A stretch of DNA of 64,000 nt from Alkalispirochaeta sp. (GCA_965242725.1 CBDESZ010000006.1:76831-140830), one strand, 5' to 3'. Counted from the first letter of the stretch, positions 39,983 to 50,609 are shown. Translations and numbers: made by a program. The notes: a model not told the origin generated them from the sequence alone.

Positions 39983-40810
39983 TCAGGCTGCAGCCTGAGC
40001 GCCGCGCCGGTTGTATGCCATATTCGGCGTCTTCCCATCCACGGATGAGTGAGGGCGCCGTCCGTTGTACATCGTGATGTACTCATCGATTCGTTGCCGG
40101 GCTTCTGCCGGTGATTGGTAGTCGTTGAGGTACACCTCGTCGTACTTGATCGTCCGCCAGAACCGCTCGATGATTACATTGTCGAGAGCGCGGCCCTTGC
40201 CATCCATACTGATCTTCACGCCCGCATCTTTAAGGGGCTGCAGAAACGCCGGAGAGGTGAACTGTACTCCCTGATCGGAGTTGAAGATCTCCGGCGGCCC
40301 ATACCGTCTGAGAGCCTGCTCGAGCACTTCAATCGCGGACGATTTGTCGAGAGTCAGGCTTACGTCCCAGCTCAACACCTTCCGGGAGAACCAGTCAATG
40401 ATCGCCGTCAGGTACACGAACCCGTCTTCCAGCCGAATATAGGTCGTATCGATCGACCACACCTGGTTGGGACGCTCAATCGACAACCCTCTCAAGAGGT
40501 ACGGGTATACCTCGTGTTCCGGCGGCAGGCGACGGTGATAGGTGTGCGGAAACACCACACGCAGCATCATGAGCCGCATCAGACGCTGTACGCGCTTCCG
40601 GTTGACCGTCCAACCCTCCAGACGCAGGGCGTCACGGATCATTCGGCTGCCCCACGTGATATGCGCGGTGTGGAGCTCATCGATCCGTTTCATAAGCTGA
40701 TCGGTGTCCCGATCGACCTTCTGCGGTTGGTAGTACAGCGTTGATCGGTTCAGGCCCAACAGCATGCACTGCTCACGGACTGACAGTCTTTCGTGATCCG
40801 GCTCGATCAT
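39983..40810 (-). CDS. IS3 OrfB, copy 2
   Basis: Identical translation to 18199..19026. Confidence 0.92.
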   Translation of the reverse strand: MIEPDHERLSVREQCMLLGLNRSTLYYQPQKVDRDTDQLMKRIDELHTAHITWGSRMIRDALRLEGWTVNRKRVQRLMRLMMLRVVFPHTYHRRLPPEHEVYPYLLRGLSIERPNQVWSIDTTYIRLEDGFVYLTAIIDWFSRKVLSWDVSLTLDKSSAIEVLEQALRRYGPPEIFNSDQGVQFTSPAFLQPLKDAGVKISMDGKGRALDNVIIERFWRTIKYDEVYLNDYQSPAEARQRIDEYITMYNGRRPHSSVDGKTPNMAYNRRGAQAAA

Positions 40811-41115
40811 TTCCCGAAGTTCGGCAGCTGATCGACTCCCAGTTTTTTTTTCAGGAAATCGATCTGTACTTGCTGGTGACCGACCTTCCGGTATAGCTCA
40901 TCTCGTTCGGCCTCAGTGGCCTGTTGCTCGTCATCATGCTTGCCGGCAAAGATGTCCGGCCCATGATCCATCAGCTCTTTCTTCCAGCGATGGACCTGCG
41001 TCGGATGAACGCCATATTCCTCGGCGATCTCCGTCACGCTGCGGTCAGCCTTGTAGGCCTCCATCGCAACCTTGAACTTGGTCGCCTTGTTCCATGTTGT
41101 TCGTCGTCGTCCCAT
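40807..41115 (-). CDS. IS3 OrfA, copy 2
   Basis: Identical translation to copy 1. Confidence 0.88.
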   Translation of the reverse strand: MGRRRTTWNKATKFKVAMEAYKADRSVTEIAEEYGVHPTQVHRWKKELMDHGPDIFAGKHDDEQQATEAERDELYRKVGHQQVQIDFLKKKLGVDQLPNFGK

Positions 41116-41213
41116 GGTGCAAAACCTCCGATTCCCATTCCAACGCAATCTTCATGCGTTGTCCAGTTTTCGGGGTCCACCATATTTCGTACAAAAGAAT
41201 CGAAGCAAGAGCG

Positions 41214-41516
41214 CTAATTCGTCTTGGCGAGTACTCGCGGGATCTTTCTCAAGTCTTCTTTCAGCCGTTCCTTTTCATCGCGAAGATCATACTCATCCTG
41301 GATACCCATCCAGAACTCCGCCGAGTTTCCAAAATACGCCGATAATCGAAGCGCGGTGTCCGCAGTAATACGCCGATTACCTTTTAGGATCTGCGATATT
41401 CGAGTCGCCGGCATCCGGGTGTCCTGGGCAAGTCGGTACGCACTGATTCCCATCGGCTCGAGGAATTCTTCTTTCAATATTTCTCCGGGAGTAACATTGG
41501 GAATTTCGTCCATCAC
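41214..41516 (-). CDS. higA: HigA antitoxin, copy 2
   Basis: Identical translation to 19430..19732. Confidence 0.92.
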   Translation of the reverse strand: MMDEIPNVTPGEILKEEFLEPMGISAYRLAQDTRMPATRISQILKGNRRITADTALRLSAYFGNSAEFWMGIQDEYDLRDEKERLKEDLRKIPRVLAKTN

Positions 41517-41522
41517 ATCCTC

Positions 41523-41805
41523 CTAGTGGTAATCCACGATTTCGACGTCGTGAGCCGATCCGTTTTCCCAACGAAAACAGATCCGCCATTGATCATTAAT
41601 CCGCACGCTATGCTGACCTGATCGACCCCCCGATAATGATTCCAGTCGATTCCCTGGTGGTATTCGGAGATCATTCAGATCTCGGGACCGATGAATCATG
41701 ACGAGTTTGCGATAGGCGGTTTTCTGAATCGGTTCGGGGATTTTTTTTTGAAAACTCTTGCCGCCAGATTCTCGACGTCTCTTTGTCCTTAAATGACTCG
41801 ATCAC
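41523..41805 (-). pseudogene. higB: HigB toxin, frameshifted in an A9 tract
   Basis: GTG41805 MIESFKDKETSRIWRQEFSKK; 9 A where 8 would give KKIPEPIQ...IVDYH*; explains its absence from the ORF track. Confidence 0.85.
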
Positions 41806-41920
41806 CTAGGCTAATAATAACGCAATACATCATTGACGTAAAGCGTCATTATGACGCGAGAGCGTACCTTCGGTTTCTGCGTCAATCGCGTATTGCAATT
41901 TGGCTTCGCGTTCCGGAGTC

Positions 41921-41997
41921 ACATAACGACCGCATCACCTGCGCCCTCGCAGGAGCGAAGCGACGAGAAGGCGTCTGGTGAATGCGCGATGTTATGT
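41921..41997 (-). other. attC (copy of 21478-21554)
   Basis: Same sequence as copy 1. Confidence 0.85.
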
Positions 41998-42059
41998 TGC
42001 GCACGGTGACCACGCCCCCTATCTGAAGCAGGAAGCTCGCTACGCCCGTATGTGTTTAT

Positions 42060-43397
42060 GTGAGCACGGCAATCTCTGTCGCGACCGCGGTAAGGAATCA
42101 ATACGTTCCCCGCGGCCGCAACGAGCTCCATACTATATTCGAGCGGCACTTCGGCGACTTCTGCGCCCAGTACGATGAGAAGTACGCCGCCACTTACGGC
42201 CGGTATCGCCTTGAGCGCATCCAGCAGATCGGGGAGCGGTTTTGCACCTGTGGCGACTATCTCCAGGGCGTCGCGCGGATACGCTGCACGAATCCCGAAT
42301 GCGGACACGATTACTTCCGACCGTTCTCCTGCAAGGGGTTTTATCTTTGTCCGTCCTGCAGTCGCAAACGAACCATCCTGTTCGCTGAACACCTGACAGA
42401 CGAGGTCCTGCTCAAGCTGCCGCATCGGCAGTTCGTTTTCACGATGCCCAAAGCACTCCGGCCGTTCTTTCGCCACGATCGACGCTTGTTCGCCGAGGTG
42501 TCTCGCCTAATCTACGACATCCTCCGTGATTTTTACCAAGAGGCCGCGGGCAGACCGCTGCTCACCGGCATGGTCATCGCGCACCAGACGTTTGGAGACA
42601 TGCTCCGCTGGAACCCTCATTTCCACGCCATCGTTTTGGAGGGCGGGTTTGATGATGAAGGTACGTTCTTCTACATCCCGTTCTCTGGGCTCCAGTCGAT
42701 GGTCGAGGTATTCCGGCGTCGGGTGATCAAGCTGGTGGTGCAACGGGAGCTCCTGAACGATGACTTCGCTCGAAACCTTCTATCCTGGAGACACTCCGGT
42801 TTCAGTATCGACAACAGCGTACGCATACTCGACGAGTCCTCCCAGGAAAGCCTGGCGGAGTACATAGCACGGCCGCCGATCTCGCTGAAGAAGATCCGCT
42901 ACGAGCCGTTCAAAGGGAAGGTCCTATTTCACACCAAGTACTCGGAGTATTTCAAGCAGAACTTCCATCTGTTCGATGCCTTAGACTTTTTGGCCGAGTT
43001 AACGCAGCACATCCCGCCGAAACGTCTACAACTGATTCGGCGTTACGGGCTCTATGCCTCCCGCACAAAGGGACGGTGGGCACAGATGCCATGGGTTGTG
43101 GAACGAGCACCGGACGGATGGAAGACCGACCATCAATGCGGTGATGTCGCAGATGATCCTGGCTACGAGCCATTGTCGGATGGGGATGAAGAGGTCGATA
43201 TCAATGCGAGCAAACGCGCCTGGGCCCGACTACTCGCGAAGGTCTATGAGGTCGATCCGATGGTCTGCCCAAAGTGCGGTGCGGACATGAAGGTGATCGC
43301 CGTCATCGAGGATCCCGACGAACTGAAGCGTATCCTCCGACATCTGATCAAGATCGGGCGGTCCCCACCGGGATTCGATCCCGATCGCCTTAACTGA
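42060..43397 (+). CDS. IS91-family (ISCR-like) HUH transposase, copy 2
   Basis: Identical translation to 21617..22954. Confidence 0.92.
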   Translation: MSTAISVATAVRNQYVPRGRNELHTIFERHFGDFCAQYDEKYAATYGRYRLERIQQIGERFCTCGDYLQGVARIRCTNPECGHDYFRPFSCKGFYLCPSCSRKRTILFAEHLTDEVLLKLPHRQFVFTMPKALRPFFRHDRRLFAEVSRLIYDILRDFYQEAAGRPLLTGMVIAHQTFGDMLRWNPHFHAIVLEGGFDDEGTFFYIPFSGLQSMVEVFRRRVIKLVVQRELLNDDFARNLLSWRHSGFSIDNSVRILDESSQESLAEYIARPPISLKKIRYEPFKGKVLFHTKYSEYFKQNFHLFDALDFLAELTQHIPPKRLQLIRRYGLYASRTKGRWAQMPWVVERAPDGWKTDHQCGDVADDPGYEPLSDGDEEVDINASKRAWARLLAKVYEVDPMVCPKCGADMKVIAVIEDPDELKRILRHLIKIGRSPPGFDPDRLN

Positions 43398-43613
43398 CTG
43401 CTCTCTCGGCCTCGCGCCGTGGCATCCGTGTGTCCGTCTTACGCCCCAATCGTTTCCGTAACAGCCCTGATCTGTCCGTTTGGACGTTTGCGTACTCGAG
43501 TGGGCGGCAAGTGCGCCGCCGGCGCACGGCGAACCGCGATTCTCGTCGTGATTTCGTCGAGTCTTGCGCCTACCGCCCGTTTTCCGGTTGCGCTCGCGGA
43601 TAACTCTTCCTAC

Positions 43614-44406
43614 TACTTGCGGTTAGAAAGACCCTTAGCGCCGGTGAACTATCCCGAAACAGGAGGATCACCGTGCCGAAGACCAGCATAAAAACCGTGT
43701 AGTAGACCAGATAAATGACGGTAACTGCACCAAGAGAAACAAGGCTGAACGTTCCGAGCCAGTAGTTGACGCTGACCGTTGTCAAAACCCCATAGGTAAC
43801 TCCGTAAAATAGAATCGTCTTGAGATTACCGCGCCAGAGTACAAAAAGTAACGGAACAATCCCGATCCAACCCAGGACTCCAATGCCGGAGGTGCTGATC
43901 GCTGATGGAAGTGAAAGAGTCGAGAGCCCCACGGAAAGCAGTGTGAGCAACAGTTCATAACGGTGCTGCCTCGCCGCGAAGAATAGATACAACAAAAAAA
44001 CAGAAAGCAGCGACGGCCCGAATCGGAGTGCGACGATGGTCCGCTCCGTGCTTGTATCGATCGCCAGATTCAGCTCTCCGCCGCTTGCAATGAATCTCTG
44101 GACATAATCCATGTTTGCATTTGCAGCGAATATGTACCGGAACAAGAAAAACAGGAGCCCGACGGAGAGCAGCGACTCAGCGTAAAGGCGAACGGCTCGC
44201 CCGCGACGGTCTGCCGGTTTTCCATTACCGAAAATGAGCCATGTTCCGAGGAAACCGACCGCCAGGGCGAGCATGGCGGGAGGGAAGAGCCGAAGGCTCA
44301 CTTCCGTTACGGCGTAAGGTCCCAGGAAAAGGATTCCGATTTCTACGACTCCGACAGCGAGAAGGGCCCCGCCCGCTTTTCGGTACGATGATGATTCAGG
44401 TTTCAT
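43614..44406 (-). pseudogene. lnt: Apolipoprotein N-acyltransferase-like membrane protein, 3'-truncated at the oriIS junction
   Basis: LS.PS....GIGVLGWIGIVPLL, NYWLGTF N-terminal TM pattern; CN-hydrolase domain absent; frame runs into oriIS. Confidence 0.65.
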
Positions 44407-44455
44407 GTGTGTTCCGGGGCTTGTAAGGCAGACGGCATTCCGCCGGGCTATCCCG

Positions 44456-46642
44456 TCACGCCCTGCCGGTGTCATCCCCGATATGGCGCGAATACCGTAA
44501 CGTCCGGGTCGCATTGAGTACCGCAAGAAGGGAGACCCCAACATCGGCGATGACCGCCTCCCACATCGTCGCAATGCCGATCGCACCGAGTGAGAGAAAA
44601 CCTACTTTCACCAGCAATGCGAGGACTATATTCTGCATAACCACCGAGCGGGTGTGGTGGGCGACACGAATTGCCGAGCCGATTCCTTCAACTTTGTCAT
44701 CCATGAGAACGACGTCGGCGGCTTCGATCGCCGCATCCGAGCCGAGGGCTCCCATGGCAAAACCGACATCCGCGCGCATGAGAACCGGTGCGTCGTTTAT
44801 GCCGTCTCCCACGAACGCCAGACGCTCTCCCTTGGGAAGCTTCTCGGAAAGTTGCTCGACCTTCTCCACCTTATCTTCGGGAAGCAGGCCGGCGTACCAC
44901 TCGTCAACGCCGACAACATCCGCCACCCGACGAGCGACCGACTCGTTATCTCCTGTGAGCATCACCACCCGCTGCACGCCGGAGGTCCGGAGATTGGCGA
45001 TTGCCTCGGTGGCTCCCGCTTTTAGCTCGTCCGCAATCACCAGATGCCCGACGTACGTTTGATCGGCCACTACGTGGACGACTGTTCCCTCTGCGTCGCA
45101 GTCACCATGTTCTATGTTCTCACGATGAAGGAGCCGGTCGCTACCGGCCATGACCGTCCGGCCATCAACGCGAGCAATAACGCCGTATCCCTTCTCTTCC
45201 CTGACATCGGTAACCGTCTCCGGGTTTATCTTTTCACCGTACGCATTCCGGATTGAGCGTGCGATCGGATGAGTCGAGTGCGTTTCGGCGCTCGCCGCCA
45301 ACCGGAGCACATCCTCGGCAGAATAACCGTTTCGCGGTACCGTTTCAGTCACCTGAAATACGCCTTTTGTCAGCGTACCGGTCTTGTCTACGACCACCGT
45401 AGAGACGTTCTTGAGGGCGTCGACATAGTTCGCCCCTTTTATGAGAATCCCCTTGCGTGACGCTCCACCAATACCTCCAAAATAGCCGAGAGGCACCGAA
45501 ATAACCAAGGCACAGGGACAAGAGATCACAAGGACGACCAGGGCTCGATACACCCACTCATTGAGGACGGCACCCGGAATAAACAGAGGCGGCAAGAACG
45601 CGATCGCCGCAGCAAGACCGACAACAATCGGCGTGTAAACCGCCGCAAACTTGGAAATGAACTTCTCGGTAGGAGCCTTGCGGGCGGCGGCGTCCTCTAC
45701 CAGCTCAAGTATCCGGGACACCGAGGATTCCGTGTACGGTTTGGTCACTCGGATGCGGATGGTGCCCGAGTCATTCACAAAACCCGACAGCACTGTATCA
45801 CCTGTTTCCACGGTACGTGGGACCGACTCACCGGTAAGCGCAGATGTATCAACTGCCGATTCTCCTTGGGTAACTTCTCCGTCCAGAGGAATCCGCTCGC
45901 CTGGTCGCACCTCTATTATTGCACCGACCTCTACGGTGTCCGGACCAACTTCGGTCGTATCGTTCTCTGAGACAATCCGCGCCGAATCCGGACGGAGATC
46001 CATCAGAGAGGAGATCGATCGGCGTGACCGGCCGACCGCGAGGTCCTGGACATACTCACCGACGGAATAAAAAAGCATCACCGCGACCGCTTCGGGGAGC
46101 TCATGAATGGCGATCGCTCCAAGTGTAGCTATACTCATCAGAAACATTTCATCAAAGACACGACCCCGGAGAATGTTCTTTCCCGCGTTCAGCAGCACCG
46201 GCCCGCCGACAAGCACGTATGCAAGCAGGAAGACAAGGTACTCAGCTGTCTGAAACGGCGTCCCGTGAAGGGTCTTATTGAACAGGATACCGGCACCGGT
46301 GAGAACCAGGGCAAGTACCATACGCCCTACCCGCCAGGCGGTGTTTTCATCGCCATCGGGTTCACCCCCGTGATCGTGCCCGTGATCGTGATCGTGATTG
46401 TGATCAGCATGGTGGCTTCCGTCGTCCTTGACGACGATCCGCGCGCCCGGCTCGATGCGGGCGATCACTTCCTCCGCGGTCTTGAGTCCGTGTTCGGGAA
46501 TAACGATCGACTCGGTCCCGAAGCTTACCGTGGCATCCGCGAACCCATTGATCTTCCGCAGCCCGGACTCGATCTGGTTAGCGCAGTTGGCACAGTCAAG
46601 ACCCTTAATCCGGTACTTCTTCATCTCTATCTTATCCGTCAT
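44456..46642 (-). CDS. cadA: Cd/Zn/Pb-exporting P1B-2 ATPase
   Basis: GLDCANC, His-Asp linker, TGES, SCPCAL, DKTGT, STHP, GDGINDAP, ADVG. Confidence 0.92.
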   Translation of the reverse strand: MTDKIEMKKYRIKGLDCANCANQIESGLRKINGFADATVSFGTESIVIPEHGLKTAEEVIARIEPGARIVVKDDGSHHADHNHDHDHGHDHGGEPDGDENTAWRVGRMVLALVLTGAGILFNKTLHGTPFQTAEYLVFLLAYVLVGGPVLLNAGKNILRGRVFDEMFLMSIATLGAIAIHELPEAVAVMLFYSVGEYVQDLAVGRSRRSISSLMDLRPDSARIVSENDTTEVGPDTVEVGAIIEVRPGERIPLDGEVTQGESAVDTSALTGESVPRTVETGDTVLSGFVNDSGTIRIRVTKPYTESSVSRILELVEDAAARKAPTEKFISKFAAVYTPIVVGLAAAIAFLPPLFIPGAVLNEWVYRALVVLVISCPCALVISVPLGYFGGIGGASRKGILIKGANYVDALKNVSTVVVDKTGTLTKGVFQVTETVPRNGYSAEDVLRLAASAETHSTHPIARSIRNAYGEKINPETVTDVREEKGYGVIARVDGRTVMAGSDRLLHRENIEHGDCDAEGTVVHVVADQTYVGHLVIADELKAGATEAIANLRTSGVQRVVMLTGDNESVARRVADVVGVDEWYAGLLPEDKVEKVEQLSEKLPKGERLAFVGDGINDAPVLMRADVGFAMGALGSDAAIEAADVVLMDDKVEGIGSAIRVAHHTRSVVMQNIVLALLVKVGFLSLGAIGIATMWEAVIADVGVSLLAVLNATRTLRYSRHIGDDTGRA

Positions 46643-46645
46643 GGC

Positions 46646-47017
46646 TTACTCCTCATCGATATAGTGTTCTCGTGCCGTTTGAATCAGCGACAGAACGTGT
46701 TCATCGTCAAGCGTGTAGAACACCTGCTTGCCGTCCCGCCGCGCTCGCACAAGTCGCATCGTTTTCAGTAGTCGCAGGTGATGCGATATCGCCGGAGAGG
46801 TCATCTCCAACAAATATGCAAGATCACAGACGCACAGCTCTTGCCGTGAGAGCAAGTAGAGTATCCTCGTGCGTGTCTCATCTGCGAGAACGCGAAACAG
46901 TTCCGAAAGCCCGGAGACCGCAATGAGCGAATCGCGGAGCTCGTCTTCGTTTTCCTTGCAGGTAATACTGTACTCACTGCATACATCGTGACTTCGTCCC
47001 GAGACCGGCTGTTTCAC
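46646..47017 (-). CDS. cadC: ArsR/SmtB-family metal sensor (CadC-like)
   Basis: N-terminal Cys pair, ELCVCDLA, SHHLRLL, DDEHV. Confidence 0.82.
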   Translation of the reverse strand: MKQPVSGRSHDVCSEYSITCKENEDELRDSLIAVSGLSELFRVLADETRTRILYLLSRQELCVCDLAYLLEMTSPAISHHLRLLKTMRLVRARRDGKQVFYTLDDEHVLSLIQTAREHYIDEE

Positions 47018-47042
47018 TAATTCTTCTCCTTAAAATAACGCA

Positions 47043-47085
47043 TAAGCAATTGTTTAATTGTATCGTTACCGGGGCGGTATGTCAA
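47043..47085 (-). promoter_or_regulatory. cadCA promoter and operator
   Basis: Minus strand TTGACA-N17-TACAAT followed by imperfect palindrome TAAACAA/TTGCTTA. Confidence 0.7.
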
Positions 47086-47191
47086 CCGATTGGGCGATAC
47101 AGCCAAGACTCGATTGACCCCCCCTCCCGTAACAGCGATTAGCCGGCTACTTTGTCAAGTGACACTTATACCATTCCGATAGTCATTACCA

Positions 47192-48265
47192 GTGGAAACG
47201 CTACTCAAGGACCAGCATGTCCGAAGAAGGCCCGACAGACACAGAGAATTGTACCGAAGGTCCGGATTCTCTGTACGAAGGCTCGTGTTGCCCGCCGTTG
47301 GTACCCACGGTACAGTGCTGCTTCTTTCCTCGATCATGTTCATGGCGTTTGTCGCGAACCTCCTCTATTCCAACTCGGGAATACGCAAAACGATCAACGG
47401 CGTTGTCTTTGCCGAAGTTCCTTCTATTGAGCTCCCTGCGACGCCGCCGCACGATGATAGAATAAGCGTCCCTCCGACTCCCGCCCGACAGGCAACGAAC
47501 GGCGAACTCCTGAATATTGACCCGAAGGTTTATTCGGAGGTTGGTTTTTCAACCTATACCGTCAGAGAGGGGGACACCATATGGGAGATCGCCAGCCAAT
47601 TCGGCTTACGGCCCGGGACACTTTTGTCGGTAAATCCAATAGACAGTGTACGACGACTCCTTCCTGGTACCGTCTTGTCGGTCCCTGACCGTGACGGGGT
47701 CATGCAATCCGTACAAGAAGGCCAGACGGTGTCCGAAATTGCGGCGGAAAACGACGTTTCGGTCAACAGCATATTAGACGCCAACAATCTCCGCTCGGAC
47801 CTGCTTGAAATCGGGACTACGTTGTTTATTCCCGGGGCCACGATGGACGAGGAAGAGTATCTCCTGGCGATCGGCGAACTGTTTCGTTGGCCTCTCGTTT
47901 CCGTCCGCTCCACATCCTCTTTTGGAATGCGTCGCGACCCGTTTACCGGAGTATGGCGAATGCATACCGGCGTTGATCTCGGTAATCCGTGGGGCAACCC
48001 GGTACTCGCCGCGTCGTCGGGAACGGTAATTATCGCCGACCCGGAATCAGGCGCCTACGGTAAACTGGTTGTCGTTGATCACGGAAACAGTTTACAAACC
48101 TACTACGCCCATATGAGCAAGATTCTGGTACGTCGAGGCGAGCGGGTATCAAGAGGTGAACGTGTCGGTAACGTCGGAAATACCGGACGCAGCACCGGTC
48201 CACATCTCCATTTTTCGGTGACACGTGATGGCCGATGGGAAGACCCGCTTCGCTATGTAAAATAG
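47192..48265 (+). CDS. LysM-LysM-M23 peptidase
   Basis: YTVREGDT, second LysM, HTGVD, YYAHM, STGPHLHF. Confidence 0.88.
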   Translation: METLLKDQHVRRRPDRHRELYRRSGFSVRRLVLPAVGTHGTVLLLSSIMFMAFVANLLYSNSGIRKTINGVVFAEVPSIELPATPPHDDRISVPPTPARQATNGELLNIDPKVYSEVGFSTYTVREGDTIWEIASQFGLRPGTLLSVNPIDSVRRLLPGTVLSVPDRDGVMQSVQEGQTVSEIAAENDVSVNSILDANNLRSDLLEIGTTLFIPGATMDEEEYLLAIGELFRWPLVSVRSTSSFGMRRDPFTGVWRMHTGVDLGNPWGNPVLAASSGTVIIADPESGAYGKLVVVDHGNSLQTYYAHMSKILVRRGERVSRGERVGNVGNTGRSTGPHLHFSVTRDGRWEDPLRYVK

Positions 48266-48558
48266 AGTGATCGACAGATGCTTGAGTCTTCTACAGTTGT
48301 CCGTCGTTGCTGCAGGCGTGGAAAGACATTTTCAAAGAACAGCCCGTCTGCTATGCTGGACCCCCGACTTGAAATCCCCCGGACCGCAAGATCTGCGCCC
48401 GTCCAAGTCGGGTCTCCGGCAAAATATAAAATCACAAAGTGGTGTCGCCGACATCTCCGCATATACATACATTGTGGTATTTCAGCGACCTCACTGTCGG
48501 TCAGCTGTCTGAACTCCCGGTTTCTTGCCCTTTTTATCTGATTCGGTTGGGGTAGTCC

Positions 48559-49314
48559 GGAGGATTCCGTCTCTCCGATGTCGGGACCGGGAATCAACGT
48601 CGTCTCTGGATTCGCGGAGGCTTCCCCCGCTCATATCTTGCACCGGACGACGAATCATCGGCCTTGTGGCGGGAGGGATTTATACGAACCTTCCTTGAAA
48701 GGGACATCCCGCAACTCGCTTCAGCCCTTCCCGCACCGGCGCTCCGAAGGTTATGGACGATGATCGCGCACAACCACGGTGGCATCGCCAACCTCGCCGC
48801 GATATCCCGCAGCCTTGTGATTTCCCAGCCGACGGTGACGCGCTGGGTCGATCTTCTGGTCCACACATTTGTTCTCCGATCCCTTCGTCCGTGGACATCC
48901 AATCTTGGGAAACGACTTGTTAAACGACCCAAACTGTACATCCGCGACAGCGGTATCCTTCACGGCCTCCTCACGTTGGAGACCGAGAAAGAAGTCATAT
49001 CCCACCCGATTCTGGGCGCGTCCTGGGAAGGATTTGCCCTGGAGGAGACGGTCCGACGCCTTCGTCTGGATTCCGAATCGGTCTACTTCTGGAAGACCCA
49101 CGCAGGTGCAGAGATTGACCTGCTTTTTGAGCGTCAAGGTCGACGATTTGGGATGGATTTCAAATTTTCCGACGCACCAACGATGACCAGGTCGATCACC
49201 TCGGCGCGCACGGATCTGCATTTGGATCACGTATGGATCGTCTATCCGGGTACGCGAACCTATGCGTTGGATGACGACGTCACCGTCGTACCCCTGGACC
49301 ATGAAAACTTGTGA
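48559..49314 (+). pseudogene. AAA ATPase + DUF4143 protein, N-terminal half missing
   Basis: LWIRGGFPRSY, KRLVKRPKLYIRDSG, GASWEGF, GAEIDL; no Walker A in frame upstream. Confidence 0.7.
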
Positions 49315-49319
49315 AACGA

Positions 49320-49390
49320 CTATAACGAAAGAAGGATAATGCGCCCCGTCGGCATGGCGTGGGGAAGCCACGTATTGAAGCTGACGGTAC
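49320..49390 (-). other. Truncated attC-like half site
   Basis: Minus strand GTTATAG core plus hairpin CCGTCGGC..CGTGG/CCACG..GCTGACGG; no R'' partner. Confidence 0.35.
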
Positions 49391-49620
49391 AGGTAAGAAT
49401 TCGCTTCCCCAGGGAGAGACGGCAACCGGGTCTATTAGCACAAGACGCTCTAACGAGCAATCGGACGAGTGGCAAGTAACCCGAAAGTATATGAGTCAAG
49501 AGAGCTTGCGAAAGGTTTTCCACCCAGTGCCGGAACAGCGAAAGCTGTCGGCAGAGGGAACAGATAAGGTAGCGTAGGTTCAGCTACCGGAGACGGGAAA
49601 TTACACCACTTGACGGGACG

Positions 49621-49830
49621 CTACCTTCTAATTCGCTTTTCATATATATCGTCGAAATTCAAACGTAGAAAGTATGAAAAGTTTTTATTTAGGCCAGGGA
49701 TACCTTTATCGTGATTATCCCCGATAGAAATGCAGGCATTTGGTAATTTCTTTTGAGACTTTAGGTAATCGGCAAGTATATACCGAGAAAGTATTTGAAT
49801 TTTTTCCGCTAAATCGGTCCTAATGTTCAA
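49621..49830 (-). pseudogene. AT-rich cassette gene remnant
   Basis: 69-aa ORF in an AT-rich patch directly after the R' of the 49885 attC; no closing attC found. Confidence 0.4.
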
Positions 49831-49884
49831 ATTATATCCTGATCAATTTTAATGGGTTTTGTTTTTCAATTAACCCTGATGTGT

Positions 49885-49992
49885 ACATAACGCAGAGGTG
49901 ACCTGCGTGGCGTCATTGGCGTGGCAGTTGCCGGCGAAGCCGGTAGCAACGGCCATGACAATAGCCACGTCTGGTCCACCGCAATGTTACAC
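49885..49992 (-). other. attC site (108 bp)
   Basis: Minus strand R'' GTGTAAC, GGTGGACC vs GGTCACC (extra base), CCAGACGTGGC vs GCCACGCAGG (extra A), long stem, R' GTTATGT. Confidence 0.82.
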
Positions 49993-50571
49993 TGCAACCG
50001 TCTGGGATCTCGAACTCTCGCCACACAGATAGCTGGCATCATCTTCTCGCACACGCACGTCTTGATTTGCTCAAAGAGCAAATCATGCGTACGGGGGCGC
50101 CGTGCTGAGTAAGCGTGAGCGACAACGGGATTACCCCATTCCCCTTCCCAATTTCAACAAAAAGAAGTCTGCCGCGAACCGTTTGGTCTGTCCCTGACGT
50201 CCTACTAACGGAACGGGTCATTTGCTGTGTAACATATTCCCTCCCACGTTTTCCGCGTTCCGCCGTACGGGAAGAGCTGTCACCGAAAACAGCATAACAC
50301 GCCGAATCGTGTGCGAACGCTGCAAGGCGACACCGAGCGCATCTGTGAGGATCGGGGCTCTTACGGTATTGGTGGGGAAGGGCGCCGCCTGAATCGGCGT
50401 TCGGGGATCATACGCGGTCAGCGCAGGGGACAGTCGGCGCGCACCCCTGATCGTCGACTTCCTGTCGACTCCCGCCGGGCGCCTCCGACACTCAACCGAC
50501 CTCCCGTCGGTTTGCGCTCCCCTGGGTCGCGCCGTGCCGTCGTTTCGAGTCCTGCTGTTCCCTGGGCAAAC

Positions 50572-50607
50572 AAAAAGCGCACAGCCCGATGGACTGTGCG
50601 CTTTTTC
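50572..50607. terminator. Bidirectional intrinsic terminator 3' of tRNA-Met
   Basis: AAAAAGCGCACAG-cccgatgga-CTGTGCGCTTTTT. Confidence 0.8.
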
Positions 50608-50609
50608 AT

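Larger units (their letters stand above)
39922..41184 (-). mobile_element. IS3-family element, copy 2
   Basis: Same IRs, same flanks and same TTT duplication as copy 1. Confidence 0.9.
39477..43617 (+). mobile_element. ISCR/IS91-like rolling-circle unit, copy 2 (4141 bp)
   Basis: araC 5' stub, attC, IS3, higA, higB, attC, transposase, oriIS; all ORF translations identical to copy 1; TACT at both ends. Confidence 0.88.

Noticed and set aside
46370..46410. GATCGT-type short tandem repeats
   Set aside because: They encode the His-Asp linker of CadA; a protein-level repeat.
50290..50320. dif/Xer-like or attI-like site (minus strand GTTCGCACAC..GTGTTATGC)
   Set aside because: Only partial match to Xer arms and no adjacent recombinase; cannot be supported by eye.
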